Of a stretch of 64,000 nt of DNA, positions 49,018 through 60,686 are shown piece by piece (the first letter of the stretch is position 1; each line of letters begins with the position of its first letter). A model generated the notes under the pieces. It ran no database searches. It was not told the DNA's origin and saw only the letters and a program-made list of their open reading frames with translations. The stretch covers positions 3,038,001 to 3,102,000 of the forward strand of contig OX337236.1 of NCBI GenBank assembly GCA_946965045.2. Direction: 5' to 3'. This stretch comes from Epithemia pelagica. Taxonomy: Eukaryota > Protista > Bacillariophyta. A program made the translations under genes and the position numbers.

Positions 49018-50184
49018 CTAGGTCGAGAAGGGTGAGATATCAGCATCTCGGATGCCCATTTTTTCAAAAGAAAGATACCATCCGTTTGGTTGCTGCTCAC
49101 AGAGTCGACGAAAACACCACGAATTCTTGTCCAGTAGTGGCAATGTCGCACAGGTAGGATGTTCCCCCCCACCAATCACGGCAATTTGATCTGCAGAAGT
49201 CACCATACTGCAGTGATATCGGCGATTCCCAAATGGTGGGAGATTCCACAGGCGGTTGTTGTGCGTATCCAAGACTTCCACGGTTGGATTGTCTACCGTA
49301 AATAGTCCTTCTGCTACAACCAAACAAGATCCCACGGCAACCACTGCACATGAACTTCGTGCATTGGACAGCACCAGATCAGAATGAGTGGTCCAACTCG
49401 ACGAGAAGGAAGTTACTGTAGCAGCCGTTTCCTCCTTTGTCTTGTCATTATCACAAGGCATTGCAAAGTCAATGTACTCCACCGAGTCAAGTCGGCTGTT
49501 GTGCCCGTTTCGGCCTCCAACGATAAAGATTCGGTGGCCAACGACCGCACTGGCACACCATGCTCGCGGAACGTTCATGGATGGCCCTGCAGTGACACTG
49601 TGGTTGCTGGTATCAATAATATCAACCGACGACAAGCCAAAGCCACCCATTACCACAATGTATCGGTTGAGAACCGCAACAGCACAACATCCTCCTCGTT
49701 TTGTTGACAATCGACATGTCAATGTCGTCCAATGACTCTCATGTGTGGTGCTTGTCGTTGAAGATGGTTGTACCATATTGTTTGCATCACTTCGTTCGAT
49801 AGAATGGAAATATTCCAGAGTTGGACCTTCACTGTATCCTCCCACTACATAAATGCCTCCGTTGCACACAACAGCGCCATGTCCTTGACGACCCTTGTTC
49901 ATGGGCGGTCCTTCTCGCCACTGTTTGTTTGATTCTAACAAATTCAATACAAGAACGGAATTGGTGGTACCCTCGTCTTGTTGATTTCCGCCCATCACCA
50001 CGACGGTTTGTCTCTCTTTAGTGTCCTCATCGGGATGATTGAGTACGACCGAGGCATGAAACTCTCGCCATCCACCCACAAGAGGAGGCCATTCGTACGT
50101 ATTCCACTGTGCTGTCTCGTCCAAAAGGACAAGGCCCGACTGACGTGCTTGTTCTTGCAGTGTCATGGTCCCTTGCAGTGTCAT
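49018..50184 (-). CDS. Kelch-repeat protein (copy 4), C-terminally truncated
   Basis: ATG at 50184 or 50166. A TAG after ISPFST removes the ARKRARS tail present in its paralogues. Confidence 0.88.
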   Translation of the reverse strand: MTLQGTMTLQEQARQSGLVLLDETAQWNTYEWPPLVGGWREFHASVVLNHPDEDTKERQTVVVMGGNQQDEGTTNSVLVLNLLESNKQWREGPPMNKGRQGHGAVVCNGGIYVVGGYSEGPTLEYFHSIERSDANNMVQPSSTTSTTHESHWTTLTCRLSTKRGGCCAVAVLNRYIVVMGGFGLSSVDIIDTSNHSVTAGPSMNVPRAWCASAVVGHRIFIVGGRNGHNSRLDSVEYIDFAMPCDNDKTKEETAATVTSFSSSWTTHSDLVLSNARSSCAVVAVGSCLVVAEGLFTVDNPTVEVLDTHNNRLWNLPPFGNRRYHCSMVTSADQIAVIGGGEHPTCATLPLLDKNSWCFRRLCEQQPNGWYLSFEKMGIRDADISPFST

Positions 50185-52222
50185 ATGGTCGTCCTTCGGC
50201 GTTGTTGTGAAAATATACCACGACGAAAGGACAACGCGTGGAAGCTGTTGAGCCGAAGTGTCTGTCCTGCGTACGGTGTAACGAGCGCAGACAGAACATA
50301 GACTAATAACCTTACACTTACACACCACAGTCTCCTGGTTCCTTCTACCAGCACAATTGGACCAAATTCGAGCTCTGGGTCGTGCCATGTGAGTTGTCCT
50401 TTCCGTCCGACCTCTGCTCTCATCATGGTGTGGTTGGTACAATCGGCTGGAATGGTAGTAGCACGGAAGAGCCGCAGGAGGCAATGACCGGTGATCGTTC
50501 CTTCCGGAGAACCATGTGGAACACACCCTCCAAAGAAACACGAGAAGAAAAGATAGATTCCAGGAGCTTTTGTGGTGGAAATTCTTTGTGTTGGTACCCA
50601 CCAGGACAAGCAACAAAGCTTGTCTACAGCTACACGAAGGACCATACACCCAAGAACAAAGAGTGTTTTACAAAGGAATGCCAGTAGTGTAATAGGGAGG
50701 AACGAAATGGACTACGGTATTTCTGGGTTAACTCTCGTCGTACGGAAAGCGGAAACTCCTGAGATTGGGCGGGTGGTGGTTCTCGTTTTGGTATAGATCG
50801 TCGCTGTTGGCTTATATTATCTCTGCTGGATGCCCTTCCTTCTACGGCCGACGCAACCAAGCAATCCGTTGTTCGATGCGTCGTCTTTCTTGCTCGGTCT
50901 ATTCGAGTTCCCTTCACAATTGCTGGTATAGAAAAAGAAGAGTGGAAACGACCAAGACGAGAACGACAAGAACAAGAATACGAATTACGAATCCAGTAGG
51001 TGGTATGTGGTATTACAGAAAAACTCTCTTCTCTATTGGGTCGGCAACCTTAACCACAGCAACATCACTCCGCGACGACCAACGTGTCTCGTTCCATGGA
51101 CCGGTCTCTCTCGCCTGCGAAGAAACCCAAACACAAGAGAAGAAGAAAAGGAGGTCCAGTTTTCCTTGCGTGAGGCTGTGCGCGTTCCAGAGGTTTGTGG
51201 GGTCGACCCTTGACAGTCCTTCACAAACGGAATGCGCGGTTCGTCGTTCCAGTCGGTTCCCAATGGACCAATGCCTGCGGATATACTCACAAGAGAGGTC
51301 CATGGACAAGACCAAAGAAGTCACGAGTGCTGCATTGCCAATGCAATCTCCAGAGGCACACACACACATGTCCTCCAACACTGTGTGTCGCTGGTTCTCA
51401 ACTACCAAAACGTCTCAACAGTTGCCGAGATGGAACAAACCATCCTCATCCAAAAAGAGGAGGAGGAGGACAATGAATTGTCACGACGCACCCTCAGCAG
51501 AGGAACCTGTGGTACTGTGGCATGAAATTCCAAAGTCGCCAAAGTGTTATTCCAAAGTCGCCAAAGTGTTGGCAGAGTCCTTGTTGCGAACAATCCAAAG
51601 ATGCCGTTGACCACCATTCCAACGCAACGACGATGGACCGACAGCGGGGACCCGGCAAGACGAGAGTGCCGAATGGGGACTGCTTCCAGTGCCGGCACGG
51701 ACAAGCGTATCCACAAAAATTCACAAATGGCTGGATCCGAGGCACCGAAACCTTTGCACCAGCAGGTGGAAACGTCCTACCTGTCGAGGCGTCGAAAATG
51801 CTCCAAGCCTCGTGCTACCACCCAAGTCGTCAATAATGCTAATAATAACTGGCCGTGGCGGATGGATGGAGTAGGACGATCGCAACGACGACAGGGAGGA
51901 ATCTTGTATAATAGTTCTATCTGATTGCCTTAACGTCATGAAACTAGAAGGAAATTCCTGTGCGGTCGTATATTCACTATCTCCACTCCTGTTAAGTGAG
52001 CTATAATAGAGCTTTTCATTAACTAAAATAGGATTCACAACATAACTACGGAGTCATAACAGCACAAAATGACTAAGTTATTTCCATTATATTGCGGCCT
52101 AAAATTTGACGTGATATGCAACCTGTTGCACATTTCAACCTTGATCATTTCCTTCATCACCACGGTGCGCATCGGACCTTGCTCGTTTACGAGCTGATGT
52201 CGAGCTCGAGAAGGATAAGGTA

Positions 52223-53371
52223 TCAGCATCTCGGATACCCATTTTTTGCAAAAGAATGATACCATCGGTTTGGTTGCTGCTCACAGAGTTGACGAAAACA
52301 CCACGAATTCTTGTCCAGGAGTGGCAATGTCGTACAGGAAGGGTTGCCCGATCCACCAATCACAGCAACTTGATTGGCAGCAGTGACCATACTGAAGTCA
52401 TAGCGGAAATTCCCGAATGGTGGGAGATTCCACACGCGGTTGCGGCTCATATCCAAAACGTCCACACTTCGATTGTCTAGTCCTCCTGCTACAACCAAAC
52501 AAGATCCCACTGCAACCACTGCACATGAACTTCGTGCATTGGGAAGCTCCAGCTCAGAATGAGTGGTCCAACTGGACGAGGAGGAAATGACTGAAGCAGC
52601 CGTTTCCTCCTTTGTCTTTTCATTATCACAAGGCATTGCAAAGTCAATGTACTCCACCGAGTCAAGTTGTCTGTTGTGCGCGTTGTGGCCTCCAACGACG
52701 TAGATGCGGTGGCCAACGACCGCACTGGTAAAGTATGATCGAGGAATAGTCATGGATGGCCCTGCAATGACAGTGTGGTTGTTTGTATCAATAATATCGA
52801 CTGACGACAAATAACGATCGCTGTAGCCACCCATTACAACGATATATCGGTTGTGAACCGCAACAGCACAACATCCATACTTTCGCGTCGATAAGCGACA
52901 ATTCAATATCGTCCAATGACTCTCATATTCGGTGCTTGCTGTTAAAGATGATTGCAGCAATTCACTGACATCAATTTGTTCGATACAATCCAAGTATCCT
53001 TCTACTCCTCCATTGTATCCTCCCATCACGTAGATGCCTCCGTTGCACACAACAGCAGCATGTTGAGAATGTATCTTGTTCATGGGTGGTCCTTCTCGCC
53101 ACTGCTTGTCTGGGTCTGATAAATTCAATAGAAGGATGGAATTGACATCGCCTTGGCCTTGTTGATATCCACCCAACACGACGACCGTTTGCCCCCTGTT
53201 GTTGTTGTTGTTGTGATTGTCGTCTTCATCGGGGTGATCAAGTACGACCGAAGCATGTTCGTCACGCCATCCACCCTCGAGAGGAGGCCAATCGTCTTCA
53301 TTCCATTGTGCTGCCTCGTCCAAAATTACAAGGCTCGACTGCCATGCTTGTTCTTTCAGTGTCAGGCTCAT
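52223..53371 (-). CDS. Kelch-repeat protein (copy 5), frameshifted near the C-terminus
   Basis: ATG at 53371 (MSLTLKEQ). An extra base near 52241-52250 moves the MGIRDAD...ARKRARS tail into another frame. Confidence 0.85.
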   Translation of the reverse strand: MSLTLKEQAWQSSLVILDEAAQWNEDDWPPLEGGWRDEHASVVLDHPDEDDNHNNNNNRGQTVVVLGGYQQGQGDVNSILLLNLSDPDKQWREGPPMNKIHSQHAAVVCNGGIYVMGGYNGGVEGYLDCIEQIDVSELLQSSLTASTEYESHWTILNCRLSTRKYGCCAVAVHNRYIVVMGGYSDRYLSSVDIIDTNNHTVIAGPSMTIPRSYFTSAVVGHRIYVVGGHNAHNRQLDSVEYIDFAMPCDNEKTKEETAASVISSSSSWTTHSELELPNARSSCAVVAVGSCLVVAGGLDNRSVDVLDMSRNRVWNLPPFGNFRYDFSMVTAANQVAVIGGSGNPSCTTLPLLDKNSWCFRQLCEQQPNRWYHSFAKNGYPRC

Positions 53372-53875
53372 GGTGATTTCACGTAACGACGTTGAGTATG
53401 AATGCGCATGAGATTTTTTATTGGTTGTGAACGGGGATGTCTGTCGTTCGTAGGAGTGTAACCTGTGAGCCGTTAATCGCACATAGACTACATGAACAGC
53501 CCCACAGTATCTTTTGTAGGAGTAAAACATTTTTTATTCGCCACATCTCCACAAGAAGAAGAGAATCCTAGACTCTCTTAAATATAAAATATTAACGCCA
53601 ATCGTAAAGAACGGGTTTTAAGCTTATCGGAGTATCAAATAGCTGTGTCCCATAAATTTTATGGGAGTCAGCCAGATGCTCGAATTTGCTGTCTCCCATG
53701 CGAGCGCCTTAACAGAGGCTGTTTTAACCTTAAAACGCAGGTCTCATTTTTGTGACATTCAACACAGCCAAGAACATCGATCCATGTCAACAATGGCACA
53801 AGTAACCTATGAATGACCTGTCCAAGGTGAGTCTGTGTCGTCTGTGTTTACTATGTCTCTTATATAATGCTGCTT

Positions 53876-56800
53876 CTACAATTCATGGATTTCCTCACCA
53901 CTTTCATTCTCACTCTCGTTGTCTTCTTCCATAGGGGCCGAGGCTTCAATCCGTCTTCTCTTTCTTGAGAACTCCAGCGGCAGACCATGTTTCTCTCTCA
54001 AACCCAATACAAGAGGGTGATTTTTCTTTGTTGTGTACTTATATCTGCTGTCCCCTCCATCAGCCGGACGGCACATGAATATCTCCCTGCCGTGAATTGA
54101 GTGCAGAATCTCGAAACAGGTTTTACCTGCGAATTGTGGTAGCTTATGAATCTTCCAACCATCCTCTCTATCATCTGTGGAATTCACCAAATGTGTGACA
54201 ATTCCACATTTGGCACATTGACCGACATTCGAGTACAATCCTTTCATCCCCAATGTTTTCTTCTTCCAACGGTGCTCCAACAAACAAACAGCACACCCCA
54301 ACCGTTTGTTGCCCTCCAAAGGGATTGGAAAGTGTCCATCTTCACAACTTGGTTGTGAAGGTTGTTGGGTCCGCCGCGCCAAGGCATCAACCTCTTCTGT
54401 ATCTTCGTAACTGCACATAGCTTGTGCGACACACGTGTAGAAAGCATGTCTTGAAAGCTTTGTACGCCTTGAACGAATTCTATCCCCAGCGGACATGTTC
54501 CAGGCTATGAGAGCATTGAGCAACATAATATCCATGATACCGAGGGCAGTTTTTTTATACCATTTCTTGAAATGGCCATGTGTGGCAAATCCGCCCATTT
54601 GTGACCGCATTTGGTCGCCACGGTCAATCCCCCCCATGTTGTCTTGGTATCGTATCAATGCTTGGGGGCACCTGAAGTCTTTCTTCGTTTGACCAACTTG
54701 GCGTTGTAGTTGCCCGGTCCCAACATTCTCGTAACTTGAAACAAAATTAACCACCTTAGAGTCTACCCATTGCCCGATTAGGATTCCGTTCACTTCATCA
54801 TGTCCAAGTTTCATCGTTCCACGATTGGTCTTTGTTTTTTTCAAATCCATGAGAACCTTGTTCCATCCAACACGGTTCACACGAACAGTACCAGTAGCAA
54901 GGACTTTCAGTCGATCTCGCAAGATCACCAGGAGTTGTGGAGCGGCATACCTATTATCCATGGATAAGTGGCGGAATCCACGGGTTTCCTTGTTCAATTC
55001 CAGCGCGTAACACGCATTCACAACAGCCTTCATTGTTGTAGGAAGACGTTGTGCCTCGTGTCGGATGTATGAATTAGTAGCATTCTTTCCCTGATATACG
55101 TCCAAATGCAAGATTGCATAGCTAGTGGACGAAGCCAGGATGAAGAAATCAACGCGGAACTTGGCTGGTTTATCCTTGTTGTACTGCCTGACCGGGCAGT
55201 ACCTCGAACGGCATCCAATACCTCCTTCGTCGAATGCCAAATCTTGTGGAATTTTGAAAGATCGTCTTGACGCAGAATTTACAGCCTGGATGAGTCTTCG
55301 CAGTTGGTAACATTTGTCACCTCCCCGTCCAGCTTCTTTCGATTCGGGGTGGAATGCTCCTCTGATTTGTCGGAATCGAGCAAGGCGCATGTATTTCGAT
55401 GCCCAACCAGCACTATCTGCAATTTCCATTGTTGGAATTGCAGTTCCCAGGCTGTACATCATGTTGGAGTTGGTAAAGTAAGCTGCGTAACCACCACCAT
55501 CAATGGGTCTCAAGGACATCATCAAGATGATACCAAGAAACCGAGTCATTTCTTGCATTGTCACGTCTCTCCATTTCTGAGAATGAAAATATCCTCGTCG
55601 TCCCATTAGGTTTGGACGGATTTTGTTGCGGAAATATTGATTCGTTGCCGCAGCCATGTCCGAAATGATGGATTTAGACAATCCTCCAACAACTCGAAGA
55701 CAGTCAAAGGGAGTATGAAATACATCTGCAATCCCCACTTTTAGACCGTCGCCACCACGAAACATCGATCTGTTGTTGCGCTCCTGCCCAACCCATGAGA
55801 AAGCATTATCAGACGAATCAACTTCCTTGAAGTGGAAGTGCAAATTATCGATCAACACCTTCAAATTTGTTGAATTGTTGGGATCTTCGTTGTCCGATTC
55901 TAAGGAAGCATCGTCTTCGTCAGGGTTATCCTCGTCGTCACTGTCATTGTATTCCAACAATGGATCGCTATCCCTGTGCACAGTTTCGTTTACATCTAAA
56001 TCATAGCCACCAGATTCATCTTCGTCTGATGAAGAGTTGTCATTATTTGTTTCGTCGTCGGAGGCCTCGGTGGAATTGTTGTTGTTATTTACCCGCTGCT
56101 GTCGTGTCGTCCTGGAGGAGCCACCAGTACTAGCACTTCCGAAGAGACGAGTTGCAACTTCGTTAGTTGGAGTACCTCCTTGAGTACTTGGAGATAGCAC
56201 TCCTTCTGGTGCAGTCATGAGTGCAGCACGACCCTGTGCACGCTCTTGAGTCGATGGCATGTTCGATGTAGAAGTCGAATGACGACGAGGAGATCGCCTC
56301 AAAGACGCATCTGGTACATTCCTAATGGCGGCTCGGCGGCGTGCACGCTCTGCTGTGGAAGGAGGTTGAGGAGGTTCTTGTGCATTCCTGTTGTTGGTAG
56401 GATTGTTGTCGTCTACAGTGCTGTTGTTGGTTGGATTGTTGTCGTCTACAGTGCTGTTGTTGGTAGGATTGTTGTCGTCTTGAGTGTGATTGTTCTGTTG
56501 AGATGCCGTCGTAGAGGTGTTGTTTGTTTGTTGTGAAGCCGACTGACCTGTTGGTTGCAACTGTTGGGATTGGGATGGTTGGGTCGATTGTGATGGTTGA
56601 AATGGCAGATTGGCGGGATTGTAGACTTCGATGAAGTGACGAAGTTTGGCTTTGACTGCTTTCGACGAGGTGAACTGTGTCTTGATCCAATTGTCGGGAA
56701 TGTTCAAACTCGAAATACTGCGTTTGTCCCAGACAATAGCATATATATTGTCATTCTTCTTCGAGGGACATTCCACAATTTTTCCAACAAGATGAATGTG

Positions 56801-57157
56801 ACTGTCCGTAGGATTGGGTCGAAACCGACGACGGAAATCATCCCTGAAATTTTCATGGATCCAGAAGTTGTCCATCGCAACGAAACTCCGCTTAGCGTAT
56901 GAAAATCTTGATCTCGGGCGGGAAGATTGTCGTCGTCCAGGCAAATGTGCGACAAGACTCTCTAGCTCCGGTGGGAGCTCCATCGGGGCATTAGGCTCTC
57001 CGGCTGTTGAATTGTCGACTGGAGGTGCTGCGGTTTGAGTGTCACTGGCTTGAGTTACGACGGGTTGGTCTGCGTCTTGATCGATGAGCGGTTGCGATAA
57101 ATCGGGTGGTGTCGACTCATGGTCGTCGCACTCAATGGGAAAAGGTTGAGACGACAT
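53876..57157 (-). CDS. piggyBac transposase, 1093 aa
   Basis: DDD triad contexts LAFDEGG, SMDNRY and GGIDRGDQ; YNKDKPAKF; Cys-rich C-terminus (CAVC...CAKC...H). Confidence 0.93.
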   Translation of the reverse strand: MSSQPFPIECDDHESTPPDLSQPLIDQDADQPVVTQASDTQTAAPPVDNSTAGEPNAPMELPPELESLVAHLPGRRQSSRPRSRFSYAKRSFVAMDNFWIHENFRDDFRRRFRPNPTDSHIHLVGKIVECPSKKNDNIYAIVWDKRSISSLNIPDNWIKTQFTSSKAVKAKLRHFIEVYNPANLPFQPSQSTQPSQSQQLQPTGQSASQQTNNTSTTASQQNNHTQDDNNPTNNSTVDDNNPTNNSTVDDNNPTNNRNAQEPPQPPSTAERARRRAAIRNVPDASLRRSPRRHSTSTSNMPSTQERAQGRAALMTAPEGVLSPSTQGGTPTNEVATRLFGSASTGGSSRTTRQQRVNNNNNSTEASDDETNNDNSSSDEDESGGYDLDVNETVHRDSDPLLEYNDSDDEDNPDEDDASLESDNEDPNNSTNLKVLIDNLHFHFKEVDSSDNAFSWVGQERNNRSMFRGGDGLKVGIADVFHTPFDCLRVVGGLSKSIISDMAAATNQYFRNKIRPNLMGRRGYFHSQKWRDVTMQEMTRFLGIILMMSLRPIDGGGYAAYFTNSNMMYSLGTAIPTMEIADSAGWASKYMRLARFRQIRGAFHPESKEAGRGGDKCYQLRRLIQAVNSASRRSFKIPQDLAFDEGGIGCRSRYCPVRQYNKDKPAKFRVDFFILASSTSYAILHLDVYQGKNATNSYIRHEAQRLPTTMKAVVNACYALELNKETRGFRHLSMDNRYAAPQLLVILRDRLKVLATGTVRVNRVGWNKVLMDLKKTKTNRGTMKLGHDEVNGILIGQWVDSKVVNFVSSYENVGTGQLQRQVGQTKKDFRCPQALIRYQDNMGGIDRGDQMRSQMGGFATHGHFKKWYKKTALGIMDIMLLNALIAWNMSAGDRIRSRRTKLSRHAFYTCVAQAMCSYEDTEEVDALARRTQQPSQPSCEDGHFPIPLEGNKRLGCAVCLLEHRWKKKTLGMKGLYSNVGQCAKCGIVTHLVNSTDDREDGWKIHKLPQFAGKTCFEILHSIHGREIFMCRPADGGDSRYKYTTKKNHPLVLGLREKHGLPLEFSRKRRRIEASAPMEEDNESENESGEEIHEL
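56388..56480. repeat. 33-bp coding tandem repeat, about three copies (DDNNPTNNSTV)
   Basis: Copies start at 56388, 56421 and 56454. Confidence 0.9.
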
Positions 57158-57458
57158 TTCCTTGCGTCCAAGTCTTCTTCACTATATAGACTTCCAGAAT
57201 GGAGAGTCCTGCAACGATCGGTTCAGAGAGACAGAATATATAAGGGCACCAAGTTGGGCTTCGGGCGAAGGAAACTGAAAATGGACAAAAATGAGGGAAA
57301 TCGCCAATTTTTCAAAGCGAAATATCGCCGTTATGACTTCATTTCTACTGTAGAGTATCATATATGAAGTTGTTCAGAATTGTAAGATCTATCGAACGAT
57401 GAAGTTAGATTTGGATGAAAATGGATTTTGATGAAGTTATTTGAAGTGAAAGTTAAGG

Positions 57459-57508
57459 GAGTAGCGCATAGCTGTCTCCCATATATGGGAGACAGCTATG
57501 CGCTACTC
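57459..57508. promoter_or_regulatory. Perfect 50-bp subterminal palindrome of the piggyBac
   Basis: GAGTAGCGCATAGCTGTCTCCCATA|TATGGGAGACAGCTATGCGCTACTC. An imperfect counterpart lies near 53642-53672 and a single motif copy near 53688. Confidence 0.85.
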
Positions 57509-58094
57509 GATTACGATTGGCGTTAAACAAGCATCGGTTCGAAGTATCGCCACAGCGACCGATCGTTGAACAACGGTCTGTGTCGCACCGAATCGAAACT
57601 TGTCGTCAACACAGTATTCCCATTCTTCCTGCAACTTATGCTGTGTCGTTCCAGATCTTGACCATGATGATGACGATGGCAGTCTTGATTGAGGAGCAGC
57701 AACAAAGAACCAGAGCACATCTCAGATCGCCATCAGCAGAACAGCTATACGATAATGAGGATGGATCAAAGAGTGTCTGTGTCTTGCTTGATTCACCCGA
57801 CTTTGTCCAGTGACATTAATGGCAACTGGCAACACTAGTGCTACCGATACGACGACCAATCCAGCCGACTTGTATGCAGCCAATTAGACTCGTCTTTATC
57901 GAACAGAGAAGCAACGAGACAACCGTAAGGACCATTGCTTGTAGAATCTTCGGGAAACGCGACGCAACCAACAGCAGACAAAAAGACCGTTGCTCTATAT
58001 ATTGCAGTTGTCAAACCACCACAAATGACGAAAGGCATCATTGAAACAAAAGAGGCCCTTGGAAATTGCAGGCTGTGACTGACAGATTCGGGAG

Positions 58095-58475
58095 TTGCCT
58101 TGTTCCAAGCAGGACACGACGACCATGGTGGGGGAACAACCTCACCACCAATCCGTTGTGTTGTTGCACACCATGGCCCTGGTTCGACACGTGCCCGTTT
58201 CCTTTGAGGATGCACTGTCCCACTATTACCGCCAACAACAACAACAACAACACAACAATAATAACAATTATTGGTGGAACGTCGGTGGCGGTATGGATGA
58301 CAATACGGCTGGCGTCGTCGACGTTCAAGGATTGAAATCCTTTTCCACTCTTGTTTTCGGGCTGTTTGGGCTGTGGCGGACTCTTGGACGGCCGACCGCG
58401 CGACATTCAACTCGTCGCCCAAGAAGCCCAAGGCACTCGGTCCAGCAACAGTGGGTATTTTGCGGCCCATGTGAA
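58095..58475 (+). pseudogene. Second DDAH::membrane-protein chimera, frameshifted
   Basis: HTMALVRHVPVSFEDALSHYYR-QQQQQQHNNNNNYWWNVGGG; junction in the CAA run at 58233-58250. Confidence 0.75.
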
Positions 58476-59498
58476 GAAACAAGAAAAAAGAAGAAGCGTG
58501 AAAACGAGACCAAGGCGACCAGAACGACAAGAACGAGAATACGAATCCAGTAGGTGAACTTACGGAAAAACTCTCTTCTCTCTTGGGTCGGCAAACACAA
58601 CCAAACTCCGCGACGACCAATGTGCAAGAGACACAAAAGAAGAAGAAGAAGAAGAAGTAGAAGAAAAGGGGTACAATGTTCGTTGCGTGAGACTGTGTGT
58701 TCCAGAGGTTTGTGTGGTCAACAGTCCTTCACGAAAACGGGGAACGGAATGCTCTGAAGAGAGGTCCAAGCACAAAAGACCAAAACAGTCACGAGGTCAG
58801 CATTGCCAATGCCATCTCCAGAGACACACACACAAGTCCACATTATTATCATGCGTGCGCAAATGGACCATCCAACACTGTGGGTCGCTGTTTCTCTACT
58901 ACCATGTCTCTGAGACGGAACAAACCATCATCATCCAGAAAGAGGAGGACGACGATGAATTTTGGGGGCGATTCCAAAGCAGTGGAAACTGTGGTACTGT
59001 GGCATGAAATTCCCAAGTCGCCAAAGTGTTGGTAGACTCCTCCTTGCGAACGATCCAAAGATGCCGGTGCTGACAGGGAGACCCGACAAGGAGAGAGTGC
59101 CGAAGGGGGACTACTTCCACGGCCAACACGGACAAGCGTACCCATATAAGGTTCACAAATGGCTGGACCAGAGGCACCGAAACCTTTGCACGTGGCGGAT
59201 GAATGCAGAAGGACAACGACGAGGAGGAATCTTGTATCATAGTTCTATCCGATTGCCTCAAACGTCATGAAATAAGAAGGGAATTCATGTGCTTCATGAA
59301 ATAAGAAGGGAATTCATGTGCGGTCGTATATGCTAAACAAGGTGGATGCCTTCTTCACTCCTGTTAAGTGAGTTAGAGCTTTTCATTAACTTATATCCGT
59401 AGGATTCACAACAAAACTAAGGAATGACATGATCTTCATAACAGCACAAAATGACGACGTCCTCAGCTTTTGACGTGATATGCAACTTGTTGCACATT

Positions 59499-60686
59499 TC
59501 AAGCTTTTTCGTTTCCTTTATCACCACGGTGTGCATCGGACCTTGCTCGTTTACGAGCTGATGTCGAGGTCGAGGAGGGTGAGAGATCAGCATCTCGAAA
59601 ACCCACTTTTTCAAAAGAATGATACCATCCGCTAGGCTGCTGCTCACAGAGTCGACGAAAACACCACGAATTCTTGTCCAGAAGTGGTAACGTCGCACAG
59701 GTAGGATCACCCCATCCACCAATCACGGCAACTTGATTGGCAGCAGTGACCATACTGTAGTTATAGCGGTGATTCCCGAATGGTGGGAGATTCCACAGGC
59801 GGTTGCGGCTCGTATCCAATACTTCCACGGTGAGTATGCCTCCTCCCGCCACAACCAGACAGGATCCCACGGCAACCATTGCACGACACGTTGGTGCATT
59901 GGAGAGTACCAGATCAGAGTAAGTGATCCAAGCGGTCGAGAAGGAAATGAATGTCGAGCCAGTCGCCTTTTTCGTCTCACAAGGCACTGCAAACTCCAAA
60001 TATTCCACCGAGTTAGAACGGCCACCAACGACGAAGATACGATGGCCAATGACCGCACTGGCACATAAATGTCGAGGAACATTCATGGATGGTCTCTCAG
60101 TGACAGTGTGGTTCCTGGTATCAATAATATCCACAGACGACAAATAGTGCACGTTCACTCCACCCATTACAACGATGTATCGGTTGTGAACCGCAACAGC
60201 ACAACATCCCACTCGTAGTGTTGATAAGCGACATGTCAATGTCGTCCAATGGCTCTCATGTGCACTCAAATCATTACAATCAATCCGTTCCATACAATCA
60301 AAACCTACAAAATCATTGCATCCTCCCATAACGTAGACGGCTCCATTGCACACAACAGCGGCATGTTGAAGACGTTTCTTGTTCATGGGTGATCCTTCTC
60401 GCCACTGCTTGTCTGGGTCTTCTAAGTTCAATACAAGAACGGAGTTGACACATCGGGAGCCTTGACGACATCCACCCATCACCACGACGGTTTGTCCCTT
60501 GTGGTTGTTATTGTCGTCGGCTTCATGGGGGTGATGAATTACGACCGAGGCATGATAGTGTCGCCATCCTCCCTCAAGAGGAGGCCAGTCGTTAGTATTC
60601 CATTCGCCTGCTGTTTCATTCAAAAGGACAAGGCCCGACTGACGTGCTTGTTCTTGCAGTGTCATGGTCGTCCCTTGCAGTGTCAT
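59499..60686 (-). CDS. Kelch-repeat protein (copy 6)
   Basis: ATG at 60686 or 60665; intact ORF with a tail nearly identical to copy 3. Confidence 0.92.
   Translation of the reverse strand: MTLQGTTMTLQEQARQSGLVLLNETAGEWNTNDWPPLEGGWRHYHASVVIHHPHEADDNNNHKGQTVVVMGGCRQGSRCVNSVLVLNLEDPDKQWREGSPMNKKRLQHAAVVCNGAVYVMGGCNDFVGFDCMERIDCNDLSAHESHWTTLTCRLSTLRVGCCAVAVHNRYIVVMGGVNVHYLSSVDIIDTRNHTVTERPSMNVPRHLCASAVIGHRIFVVGGRSNSVEYLEFAVPCETKKATGSTFISFSTAWITYSDLVLSNAPTCRAMVAVGSCLVVAGGGILTVEVLDTSRNRLWNLPPFGNHRYNYSMVTAANQVAVIGGWGDPTCATLPLLDKNSWCFRRLCEQQPSGWYHSFEKVGFRDADLSPSSTSTSARKRARSDAHRGDKGNEKA

Larger units (their letters stand above)
53596..57522 (-). mobile_element. piggyBac DNA transposon, apparently complete
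   Basis: TTAA on both sides (53592-53595 and 57523-57526), a perfect 12-bp TIR CGCCAATCGTAA, subterminal GCTGTCTCCCAT palindromes, and one long ORF. Confidence 0.95.

Noticed and set aside
49018-53530. Long N-terminal extensions of Kelch ORFs in the ORF track (starts 50649, 53530; also 46988 and 60788)
   Set aside because: Paralogue alignment places the start at MTL(Q/K)E; upstream frames are promoter or remnant sequence, some with non-ATG starts.
57527-58040. Possible gene fragment right of the piggyBac
   Set aside because: Short ORFs with no recognisable motif; weak similarity to 50850-50920 only.
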